In this document: one piece after another, positions 23,728 to 32,077 of the stretch
Numbering within the stretch: the stretch's first letter is position 1
Layout: each line of letters starts with the position of its first letter
Origin: Acidobacteriota bacterium
Lineage (GTDB): Bacteria > Acidobacteriota > Vicinamibacteria > Vicinamibacterales > CAVVIG01
Reading direction: 5' to 3'
Assembly: GCA_016195295.1 (NCBI GenBank)
Contig: JACPZV010000102.1
Location: 1 to 32,214 of the forward strand
Length of the DNA stretch: 32,214 bases
Made by a program: the position numbers and the translations under genes
The notes under the pieces: generated by a model
What the model was told of the DNA's origin: nothing
The model's input: only the letters and a program-made list of their open reading frames with translations
The model's database searches: none

Positions 23728-26647
23728 AGAAGGCATGACCCAGTCGGACGTACAACATCGAGTGATTCGGCAGCGTGCCGCTGCCGTCGTGTCCGTGCGC
23801 CGCGCCGAGCGTCAGCGTGATCGGCAGAACGTAACCCGCGACGGCGTCGATCGACAGTTCCGCGCCCACGGATGTCTTCACGTCGCTCGCGTGAAACTCG
23901 TTCGTCCAGGTATTTCCCACGTCGGTGAAGGCCGCCGCGTGAATCGTCTGCAGAAAGAAAGGCCACGTGCCGAGGCCGCGCTGCGGCCGTGCGAGCGGGA
24001 TCCGGTACTCGAGGTTCATCAGCGCCGCGTGGCTGCCGCCGAACGTGTCGCTCGCAAAACCGCGCATCAACGTGGTGGGCGCGGTCCCGAAATCAATCAA
24101 GCCGGTGTCGCGCGCCGCGCCGCCCATGAGAAACGTGCGGGCCACGGATAGATCGCCGTCGGCGGCGGCTCCCACCACGCGCGCGGCAAAGACTTGATGC
24201 TCACCAAAGCCGTGAATGTAAGCGCGGACATCGCCGGTCACGCGCGTCGCGTCCGCTGCCGCGCCCAGGGCCTGACGCGTCAGCTCCGCCGTGAAGCCGG
24301 CCGCGAGCCCGTCCTCCGGGCTGATCGAGTAACCGTAGCGATGCGCCGACGACCACACGCCGGCCACGCGAGCCGACGTCCGGTTGCGCGTGACGTTCTG
24401 GCCGGCGAGCGTGTAATCGTCTATGGCTCGGATGAGCGACAGCCGGCCCAGGTACGACTGGCGGACGTGAACGACCGGCAGCTGGACGCCGCCTTCCATC
24501 TGGCGTTCGCGGAGCGTGATCGGCAGGGGCAAACCGGTGGCGCCGTTGAGGCCCGTGAAGAACTGGGTCTCGGTCGACGCGGTCGCGAACAGCGCGGGAC
24601 GCCATCGGTTGTACACGTACGACAACTGCAGGTCCGGCACGGCCGCTCCGGGCGTCGGCGACCCCGCGGGGCCCACGACCAGCCACGTCGCGGTCGCCGC
24701 GTAGAAGTGGTAGCCCAGCACGTCGGACGCGAACACCGACGCACCGGCACGCCATTGATCGCTGGGGTTTTCGACGACGGGGGACCACGATGTCGGCCGC
24801 AGAGTCGGCAGGGGCGAATAGCTGATCGCAGTGGCAGGGACTATCGGCGGCTGCGGGGCAGCGCGTGCAGGACCGTCTTCGTCTCGCGGGCGCAAAGAAA
24901 CCGCGTTGCTGGTGGCTGAGGTGTCAGGATACGGCATCGAGTACAACTCGAACCCATCTGCCATGTACTCGACAAAAGCCAACGTGCGCCCGTCGGGTGA
25001 GACGTCCGGCCACGTGACGCCGCCCGTGCTGCGTGTGAGTTGACGCGCGGCGGTTGATCCATCGATCGTGATTTCGTAGAGGTTGAACGGCTCGCTCTCG
25101 TGCGCCATCGCCACGACAAGCGCTCGACCGTCGGGTCGCCAGGCCGGTGTCACCGCGCGACCGCGAGCGTCAGTTGCGACGACGCGCGTGACCTTCGTGG
25201 CGACGTCGACAAGCACCACTTCAGCGTTCGCGCCCAGGCGGTGGCGCTCGACGGCGATCGTGCGACCGTCGGGCGACCAGCGCGGCGCGTTAAACTGCGT
25301 CTCCGGTTCGGAAATGAGCGTGTCAATCCGTGGCGTAGGCTGGCGGGGCTGAAAGCCCCGCCCTACATCTCGTACGAGAACCAGCTCCCGCCGACCGCGC
25401 GTCTCTCGCACCGCCGCAATCGTGCGCTCGTCCGGCGACAGATCCGGATCGAGAAGGCGCGCCTCCGACGTCAATCGCGTCACGCGTCCGGTCCTTCGCG
25501 ACCATTCGTAGAGGTCGCCGTACAAACCCGTGTTGCGGCGCAGATCGACTTGATCGAAGTAGATCGCGTCGCGTCCCACCGCCGTCGTCGATCCGAGGAT
25601 GCGCGTCGTCAAGCGGTGTGGCTCGGTGCCGTCAAGGCGGATGCGATGCAACGTCGGCAGCGAGTGCACGTCGCGCACCGAGTAGACGATCTCGGGCGGA
25701 CAGCTTCCGCACACGAAGCGATCGAACCGTGGGCCCAGAATCGCGAAGCGATGGTGCGTGAGGCGCGTGAGGCCGGCATCGATCGGCGCGGCGCTCGCGA
25801 CGCTCATCAGACCGGCACGATAGTCGCGCCACAAGTCGCCGAGCGATTCGCCGTACACGCGCTTGAAGACCCGCGACCCGGTGTAGGGAACGCGGCGCGC
25901 CGTCGCGTCGGCGAGCGTCGCGAGCGTCTCGGCGCCGAAGCGATCGACGAGGTACTCGTGGAAACCCAGTCCGTAGGCGTACGCGGCCAACCCGTCGGGC
26001 CAGTCGACGCGGCCGCCGTTGACTCGATCGAGTGGTTCGGTCGCGTGCCGGCGGGCGGCTTCGTCGACGATCGCGCGAAAATTGCCGTCGTGCAGCCGGC
26101 CTTCGCCGGTGATCGCGCTTTCTTCGTACACGGCGAGGCCTTCGATCTGCCAGATGGGCAGGAACAGGTTGGGAAAGGTGAAGGGCTGGCGGCCGAAGAT
26201 GTTCCGCAGCGCGCGCGCCCAGCCTTCCGACCGGTCGAGATGCGTGATGTGCGTGAACTCGTGCGTGAACGCGAGCCGCAGCCAGTCGTCGAGGTCGCCA
26301 ATCAGCGCCGATCCGGCGGGCCACGCCGCGTTCAGCACGATGGTGTCGTACGGCACGGGCGTGGCCGTGCCATTGGATTGCTCGGTCTGATCGACCAGGA
26401 CGACGTGCGTCAACGGCGGCGGCTTCACGCCGAGCGGCTGCTGCAACGCCCGCCACGCCTCCTCGGCGATGACGGCGAGGCGGTCCGCGAGGCGATCCTC
26501 GCCCTGATGGAAGTAAATGATGAAGTGCGGCGTGCGCAGCATCCGGAAACGCAGCGCCGGATCGAACAACCCCGTGGCCTCCACGGAGACGGCGTGAAGC
26601 GCGGCGCTAACGAGCAGCGCGCTGATCAGTCGTCGTCCGCGCAACAT
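23726..26647 (-). CDS. Secreted fusion protein: HExxH metallopeptidase-like N-domain + PD40/TolB-like beta-propeller + C-terminal Omp85/surface-antigen-type beta-barrel (973 aa)
   Basis: Signal peptide MLRGRRLISALLVSAALHAVSVEA. AFTHEFTHITH contains HExxH. PD40 repeats are present (LSPDERTIA, RWSPDGRTIAV, AWRPDGRALVV, DVSPDGRTLAF). The C-terminus is a beta-barrel with alternating hydrophobic residues and a terminal ...VRLGHAF. Confidence 0.8.
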   Translation of the reverse strand: MLRGRRLISALLVSAALHAVSVEATGLFDPALRFRMLRTPHFIIYFHQGEDRLADRLAVIAEEAWRALQQPLGVKPPPLTHVVLVDQTEQSNGTATPVPYDTIVLNAAWPAGSALIGDLDDWLRLAFTHEFTHITHLDRSEGWARALRNIFGRQPFTFPNLFLPIWQIEGLAVYEESAITGEGRLHDGNFRAIVDEAARRHATEPLDRVNGGRVDWPDGLAAYAYGLGFHEYLVDRFGAETLATLADATARRVPYTGSRVFKRVYGESLGDLWRDYRAGLMSVASAAPIDAGLTRLTHHRFAILGPRFDRFVCGSCPPEIVYSVRDVHSLPTLHRIRLDGTEPHRLTTRILGSTTAVGRDAIYFDQVDLRRNTGLYGDLYEWSRRTGRVTRLTSEARLLDPDLSPDERTIAAVRETRGRRELVLVRDVGRGFQPRQPTPRIDTLISEPETQFNAPRWSPDGRTIAVERHRLGANAEVVLVDVATKVTRVVATDARGRAVTPAWRPDGRALVVAMAHESEPFNLYEITIDGSTAARQLTRSTGGVTWPDVSPDGRTLAFVEYMADGFELYSMPYPDTSATSNAVSLRPRDEDGPARAAPQPPIVPATAISYSPLPTLRPTSWSPVVENPSDQWRAGASVFASDVLGYHFYAATATWLVVGPAGSPTPGAAVPDLQLSYVYNRWRPALFATASTETQFFTGLNGATGLPLPITLRERQMEGGVQLPVVHVRQSYLGRLSLIRAIDDYTLAGQNVTRNRTSARVAGVWSSAHRYGYSISPEDGLAAGFTAELTRQALGAAADATRVTGDVRAYIHGFGEHQVFAARVVGAAADGDLSVARTFLMGGAARDTGLIDFGTAPTTLMRGFASDTFGGSHAALMNLEYRIPLARPQRGLGTWPFFLQTIHAAAFTDVGNTWTNEFHASDVKTSVGAELSIDAVAGYVLPITLTLGAAHGHDGSGTLPNHSMLYVRLGHAF
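25335..25366. repeat. REP-like family 1 variant inside the CDS: GTAGGCT-GGCGGGGC-TGAAA-GCCCCGCC-CTAC (GTAG heads on both strands)
   Basis: Perfect 8-bp stem GGCGGGGC/GCCCCGCC. On the minus strand it reads GTAGGGCGGGGCTTTCAGCCCCGCC. It is translated in frame as VGRGFQPRQPTP, between two PD40 repeats. Confidence 0.75.
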
Positions 26648-28026
26648 TTTTCAGGAAGGTGAAGTCCGCCGTCGGCAGAAGGTGGATGCCCGTCAGCGTG
26701 CGCTGCGCCGCCACGACGTTGGTCTTGCACCACAGACTGATGTAGGGCACGTCGATCGCGACCTGCCGCTGCACGGCGTTGTACGCGTCGCGCCGGACGT
26801 CATCGTCCGCCGATGCGGCCGCCTTGTCGAGCGCGCGATCCACGTACGGGTCCTGGAAGAAGCCGCGATTGAATCCGAGCGGTGGAACCTGCGCGGAGTG
26901 AAACACGCGCCGAAGGATGTCGGGGTCCGCGACGGCGCCCCCGACCCACTGCAGCGTGAAGAGCTGAAAGTTGCCCTTCAGGACGTCGGCGTAGAACGTC
27001 GCGAACTCGTACGTCCGAACATCGAGCGCGATCCCGACCGCACGCAGGTTCTGCTGGATGACGGACGACTGTGGCCGGGTCGTACTGGAAAGTGGTGACG
27101 TCCGGATCAAACGCCCACGACACCGGAGGCAGAAGGCCTGTCGCGGGAATCGCGAGTCCACGGCGCAGGTACGTGATGATCGCGTTCCGATCGATGGCGT
27201 ACGCGATGGCCTGACGGACACGGACATCGTTCAGGATCGGATCGCGCAGATTCACGCCGATGTACTGAAAGTCGGTGCCCGGCGACTGCACGAGCTGCAG
27301 CCGTGGGTCCTGTCCGAGTTGATACAGGATGTCGGGCGCCAGGTCGTTGACGACGACGTCCATGGTGCCTTTCCGGAGCTCGAGTCCACGCATGATGTCG
27401 TCGGGCACCACTCTGAGGACGAGGCCGTCGTTCGCCGGCCGTCCGCCGAAGTAGTCCGCGAAGGGTTCGAGCTCGACGCGGTCGTCAACCGCATACCGCA
27501 CGAACCGATACGGTCCGGTGCCGATCGGGCGTTCGTGAAACGAGGGCCCAGCGCCGTCGGGCACGATCGGGAAGACGAGGTTCACGGGAAACGATCCGAA
27601 CGGCTCCTTCAGCGTGAAGACGACCGTGTACCGATCGCGCGCGTCGATCGTCTGCACCATGCGGTAGGCGCCCTTGCGCGGCGAGAGCAACGCCGGATCC
27701 AGCAGACTGCGGAACGTGAAGACGACGTCCGCTGCCGTCAGCTCGTGGCCGTCATGAAAGCGCACGCCGTGTCGCAGCGCGACGACCCACGTGGTCGGAT
27801 CGGGATGATCGAGGCGTTCGGCGAGATCCGGCACGACCCGCAAGTGCTCATCGAGCGTCATGAGGTTGTTGAAGACGAGCTGCCCGATCTTCTGCGACAC
27901 ATCGTCGGTGCCGATGCGCGGATCGAGGTTATTCGGACCGCTGGTCACGCCGACGACGATGACGTTGGGATTCTCGATCGGTCGATGGAGACACGCGCTC
28001 GCGAGAAGCGAGAGCGCGGCGAGCAC
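26607..28026 (-). pseudogene. ABC transporter substrate-binding protein, family 5 (peptide/nickel type), out of frame, with about 30-40 residues apparently missing at about 27072
   Basis: Lipoprotein-like start (V)LAALSLLASAC...VIVVGVTSGPNNLDPR...GTGPYRF...FDPDVTTFQYDPA ends at 27073. A second frame from 27071 gives QSSVIQQNLRAVGIALDVRTYEFATFYADVLKGNFQLFTLQWVGG...ISLWCKTNVVAAQRTL. Family members have about 30-40 aa between YDPxKAK and the IQxxLxxxGI block. The start is uncertain: GTG at 28026, or GTG at 28185 overlapping the mutS stop. Confidence 0.8.
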
Positions 28027-28050
28027 GCTCGCCTGAAAGGCTCGCGCTAC
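28024..28050 (-). repeat. REP-like family 2 element, identical to 9461-9487
   Basis: The reverse complement reads GTAGCGCGAGCCTTTCAGGCGAGCGTG. Its terminal GTG is the candidate start codon of the solute-binding protein. Confidence 0.8.
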
Positions 28051-28054
28051 GGTC

Positions 28055-28080
28055 GTAGGGCGGGTCCTTTCGGACCCGCC
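28055..28080 (+). repeat. REP-like family 1 element GTAGGGCGGGTCC-TTTC-GGACCCGCC
   Basis: Perfect 9-bp stem. It is 28-nt identical to the copy at 28097-28124. Confidence 0.85.
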
Positions 28081-28096
28081 TGCGAAGACAGCAACT

Positions 28097-28122
28097 GTAG
28101 GGCGGGTCCTTTCGGACCCGCC
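28097..28122 (+). repeat. REP-like family 1 element GTAGGGCGGGTCC-TTTC-GGACCCGCC
   Basis: A direct copy of 28055-28080, separated from it by 16 nt. Confidence 0.85.
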
Positions 28123-28130
28123 TGAGCGCT

Positions 28131-28155
28131 GCCGGGTCCAGAGGACCCGGCCTAC
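28131..28155 (-). repeat. REP-like family 1 element GTAGGCCGGGTCC-TCT-GGACCCGGC (inverted relative to the two preceding copies)
   Basis: Perfect 9-bp stem. It has the same stem as the 1878-1903 copy but a different loop. Confidence 0.8.
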
Positions 28156-28181
28156 ACCTGCGGCGGTCACAGCTGCGGGTC

Positions 28182-30809
28182 TCACTCCTGCGTCTCCTTC
28201 TTCAACTCAGCGAGGAGCGCGAGCGCCTCGATCGGCGTCATCCGATCCAGATCGAGCGCGGCGATCCGGTCGCGAAGACGAGTGTCCGGCGGTGATGGTT
28301 GAAACAGGCCGAGCTGTTGCTGAGGCTCCGATGGCGTACCGCTGACCGACGGCCGTCCGCCGCGGGCGAGCTCATCGCGTTCCAGCGCCGCCAGAATCTC
28401 GCGCGCCCGCTCGATCACGGTCCGCGGCAATCCCGCCAGGCGGGCCACCTGAATGCCGTAACTCCGGTCGGAGCGGCCCGGCACGATCTTGCGCAGAAAG
28501 ACGATGTCGTCCTTCCACTCGCGCGCGGCGACGTGGAAATTGACGACGCCCGGCGTCGCGTCGGCGAGATCGGTCAGCTCGTGGTAGTGCGTGGCGAACA
28601 GCGTCTTGGGGCGCATGCGTGGATTGGTCGCGAGAAACTCCGCGACCGCCCACGCGATGCTCAAGCCGTCAAACGTCGCGGTGCCGCGGCCGATTTCGTC
28701 GAGCACGACCACGCTGCGCGACGTGGCCGTGTGCAGGATGTTCGCGGTCTCCTGCATCTCGATCATGAACGTCGAATGGCCGCGCGCGATGTTGTCCGAC
28801 GCGCCCACGCGGGCGAAGATGCGATCCACGAGCGGCAGCTTGGCCTCGCGCGCCGGCACGAATGAGCCGGCCTGCGTCATGATCGACAGGAGCGCGGTCT
28901 GCCGCAGGTACGTCGACTTGCCGCCCATGTTCGGCCCGGTCAAGATGACGAGCTGGCAGGCCGCGCCGTCGAGCCTGATGTCATTTGGCACGAACGGCTC
29001 ACCCGCGGCGGCGGTGCGTCGCTCGACCACGGGATGACGCGCGTCGAGCACGACCATCTCGTCCCCGTCGTGGACGTGGGGCTTGATGTAGTTGTTGACG
29101 GCGGCGTCCTCGGCGAACGTCGCGAGCACGTCGAGCGCCGCCAGGGCCCGCGCCGACGCCTGAATCCGCGGCGCCTCGGCGGCCACCGCCGCGCGCAGCG
29201 CCTCGAACAGATCGAGCTCGCGCTCGAGAATCCGCTCGTCTGCGCCCAGCACCTTCTCCTCGTACTCCTTCAGCGCGGGCGTGATGAAACGTTCGCCGCC
29301 GGCAATCGTCTGCTTCCGATGGTAGTCGGCTGGCACCGCGCGGAGGTTCGACTTCGAGACCTCGATGTAGTACCCGAAGACGCGGTTGTAACGGATCTTC
29401 AGCGACGCGATGCCGGTCCGCGTCCGCTCGCGCTCCTCCATCTCCGCGATGATCTGCTTGCCGGAGCGGCTGATCGTGCGGAGCTCGTCCAGCTCGCGAT
29501 CCACCCCATCGCGGGCGAAGCCGCCGTCGCGCGCGAGCGCCGGCGGATCGTCGACGAGCGTGGACTCGATGCGACCGCGCACGTCGGGCACGTCGTCCAG
29601 TTCCGCGACGAGCGAGCGCACCAGCGGCGCGTGCAGCTCCGCCAAGATCGTGCGCACGCGCGGGATGACGCCGAGCGACTGTTTCAACCCGACGAGATCG
29701 CGTGGTCCCGCGGTGCCGAGCGCCGCCCGCGCGACGAGCCGTTCGAGATCCTGCACGCCTTTGATCGCGTCGCGGAACTTGCCGCGCTCGGTCGTCCGGA
29801 ACGCCAACTCCTCGACCGCATCGAGGCGATCGCGGATCGGTTCCAGCGCGACGAGCGGTCGCAGCAGCCACGCGCGGAGCAGTCGGCTCCCGATGGCCGT
29901 GACCGTGCGATCGAGCTCGTCGAGCAGCGATCCGTCACGCGCGCCCTCGGCGCCCTCAAGAATCTCGAGATGTTTGAGCGTCGTCGGATCGATCAAGAGC
30001 GCGTCGGCGCGCTGCCTGTACGCGATCGACCGGACGTGCGCGAGGTCGACTTTCTGCGTGGACCGCAGGTAGTGCACCAGCGCGCCCGCGGCGGAGACGG
30101 CCGCCGGTCGCCGGTCCAGGCCGAAGCCTTCAAGGCTTCCCGCGCGCAACTGATCGAGCAGCGCGCGCCGCGCCGATTCGAGTTCGAACGTCCATCCCTC
30201 GACGGCCGTGGTCGGCAGACCGGAGGCGACGATCTCGTCGATGACGAGGGGCGCGCCGGTGTCGCTCGCCGGCGCCAGAATCTCGCGCGGCTTGAGCACC
30301 GCGAGCTCGTCGACGAGCGCCTGCCGTCCGTCGGCGCCGGCATATTCGGCGGCGCTGAATTCGCCGGTGGACAAATCGAGCAGCGCAACGCCCATCGTGC
30401 CGTTCGTGGGCGCGATCGCCATCAGGAACGCGGGCTCGCGCGCGTCGAGATAGTTGGCGTCCGTGAGCGTTCCTGGCGACACGACGCGGACGACTTCGCG
30501 CTTGACGAGGCCTTTGGCTTTACGCGGATCCTCGACCTGATCGCAGATCGCGACGCGGAACCCTTTCTTGATGAGGCGCGCAATGTACGCATCGACCGCG
30601 TGGAACGGCACGCCGCACATCGGGATGCCGCCGCCGTTGGAGTCCTTCGACCGGGAGGTCAGCGTGAGCTCGAGGGCGCGCGCGGCGACGAGCGCGTCCT
30701 CGTAGAACATTTCGTAGAAGTCGCCCATCCGGAAGAGCAGGATCGCGTCGCGATGCTGCTGCTTGGCGTCCAAGTACTGGCGCATCGCGGGCGTCGCGGG
30801 CGCTGACAT
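28182..30809 (-). CDS. mutS: DNA mismatch repair protein MutS
   Basis: 875 aa. It has N-terminal PAMRQYLDAKQQHRDAILLFRMGDFYEMF (Phe-x-Glu mismatch motif) and Walker A GPNMGGKST. STFMIEM and DEIGRGT are also present. Confidence 0.97.
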   Translation of the reverse strand: MSAPATPAMRQYLDAKQQHRDAILLFRMGDFYEMFYEDALVAARALELTLTSRSKDSNGGGIPMCGVPFHAVDAYIARLIKKGFRVAICDQVEDPRKAKGLVKREVVRVVSPGTLTDANYLDAREPAFLMAIAPTNGTMGVALLDLSTGEFSAAEYAGADGRQALVDELAVLKPREILAPASDTGAPLVIDEIVASGLPTTAVEGWTFELESARRALLDQLRAGSLEGFGLDRRPAAVSAAGALVHYLRSTQKVDLAHVRSIAYRQRADALLIDPTTLKHLEILEGAEGARDGSLLDELDRTVTAIGSRLLRAWLLRPLVALEPIRDRLDAVEELAFRTTERGKFRDAIKGVQDLERLVARAALGTAGPRDLVGLKQSLGVIPRVRTILAELHAPLVRSLVAELDDVPDVRGRIESTLVDDPPALARDGGFARDGVDRELDELRTISRSGKQIIAEMEERERTRTGIASLKIRYNRVFGYYIEVSKSNLRAVPADYHRKQTIAGGERFITPALKEYEEKVLGADERILERELDLFEALRAAVAAEAPRIQASARALAALDVLATFAEDAAVNNYIKPHVHDGDEMVVLDARHPVVERRTAAAGEPFVPNDIRLDGAACQLVILTGPNMGGKSTYLRQTALLSIMTQAGSFVPAREAKLPLVDRIFARVGASDNIARGHSTFMIEMQETANILHTATSRSVVVLDEIGRGTATFDGLSIAWAVAEFLATNPRMRPKTLFATHYHELTDLADATPGVVNFHVAAREWKDDIVFLRKIVPGRSDRSYGIQVARLAGLPRTVIERAREILAALERDELARGGRPSVSGTPSEPQQQLGLFQPSPPDTRLRDRIAALDLDRMTPIEALALLAELKKETQE

Positions 30810-30826
30810 ATGCTTAAGTCTAACGC

Positions 30827-31546
30827 ATGAAAGTGCTCGCCCTGGACACGACGACGCGCGAGGGAAGCGTCGCGCTCGTCGAAGACGATCGCGTCGTGGA
30901 CGAGCGCACCGGCGACGCGTCGCGCACGCACGCCGAGCGGCTGCCGGGCGAGATCGTCGCGCTCGCTGACGCGCATCACCTCGCGCTCTCGGCGGTCGAC
31001 TTGTTCGCGGTCGCGTCGGGTCCGGGATCGTTTACCGGATTGCGCATCGGCATCGCGACGATGCAGGGATTGGCGTTCGTGCATCGGCGTCCGCTGTCGG
31101 GGATTGGGGCGCTCGACGCGTTGGCACAGCTCGGCAGTCGTGGTGCGCCGAGCGGCGCGACCGTGGCCGCCTGGATGGACGCGCATCGGCGCCAGGTGTT
31201 TGCCGCGCTCTATCGCGTGGAGGACGCGCCGCTCTTCGATCGGGCCCGTCTCGTGGAGCTTGAAGGTCCCACCGTGGGCGCGCCCGACGCGACGCTGGCA
31301 CGGTGGCGATCGACTGTCACGGACGGCATGGTCTTCGTCGGCGACGGAGCGGTGATGTACGCGGACATGATCGCGCGGACGGTTCCGTCCGCGAAGACAT
31401 TGGCGCCGCCGGCGCTCGCCGGCGCGATCGCTCGGCTGGCCGCGTCGCGCGCCGCACGAGGAGACGCCGCGGGCCCCGCACGCATCCAGCCGCTGTACGT
31501 GCGGCGCTCCGACGCGGAGATTGCGAGGGACGAAAAATTACGCTGA
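30827..31546 (+). CDS. tsaB: tRNA t6A37 biosynthesis protein TsaB
   Basis: MKVLALDTTTREGSVALV...LFAVASGPGSFTGLRIGIATMQGLA is the typical TsaB (inactive Kae1-like) N-domain. rimI lies downstream, as in many bacteria. Confidence 0.88.
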   Translation: MKVLALDTTTREGSVALVEDDRVVDERTGDASRTHAERLPGEIVALADAHHLALSAVDLFAVASGPGSFTGLRIGIATMQGLAFVHRRPLSGIGALDALAQLGSRGAPSGATVAAWMDAHRRQVFAALYRVEDAPLFDRARLVELEGPTVGAPDATLARWRSTVTDGMVFVGDGAVMYADMIARTVPSAKTLAPPALAGAIARLAASRAARGDAAGPARIQPLYVRRSDAEIARDEKLR

Positions 31547-32007
31547 GGATCGAAATCCTCACCACCGCGGATCAAATCGAGGACGTGCTGGCGATTGAAC
31601 ACGCCTCGTTCACGAATCCGTGGACGCGTGAGATGTATCTCTCGGAGCTCGAAAACCGCGGCGTCTCGTTCTGTTTCCTCGCTCGGGACGAGCACGACCA
31701 CGTGGTCGGGTTCTGTTCGTTTTGGCGCATCCTCGACGAGCTTCACATCAACAATCTGGCGGTCCTGCCCGCCTGTCGGCGGGTCGGCGTCGCGGCCGCG
31801 CTGCTGACCCACGTGCTGGCGGAAGGCGTTCGGCTGGGCGCGCAGCGCGCCACCTTGGAAGTGCGCCGATCGAATGAGCCGGCGCGTTTGCTGTACGAGC
31901 GGTTCGGGTTCACCGTGAAAGGTGTCCGGCATGCGTACTACACGGGGCCGGTTGAAGATGCGCTCGTCTTGTGGCGCGATCGTTTGGAGGCCCTCGCCGG
32001 ATCTTGA
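31543..32007 (+). CDS. rimI: Ribosomal-protein-alanine N-acetyltransferase (GNAT); start uncertain, probably CTG at 31543
   Basis: LRIEILTTADQIEDVLAIEHASFTNPWTREMY...INNLAVLPACRRVGVAAALL...LEVRRSNEPARLLYERFGF shows GNAT motif A. No ATG, GTG or TTG is in frame between the conserved N-terminus and far upstream (31303). CTG at 31543 overlaps the tsaB TGA (CTGA). Confidence 0.8.
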   Translation: MRIEILTTADQIEDVLAIEHASFTNPWTREMYLSELENRGVSFCFLARDEHDHVVGFCSFWRILDELHINNLAVLPACRRVGVAAALLTHVLAEGVRLGAQRATLEVRRSNEPARLLYERFGFTVKGVRHAYYTGPVEDALVLWRDRLEALAGS

Positions 32008-32077
32008 AACGCCCACGGGCTTATGTTACGTTCCGCATCACTATTTCATTTCAATTCAATGACCAAGGAGGTGCAGC

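Noticed and set aside
28024-28155. Possible CRISPR array, given closely spaced repeats of 25-27 nt
   Set aside because: The units are individually palindromic and occur in both orientations. They belong to two sequence families and are separated by only 4-16 nt, so there are no spacer-sized unique segments. No cas genes are present.
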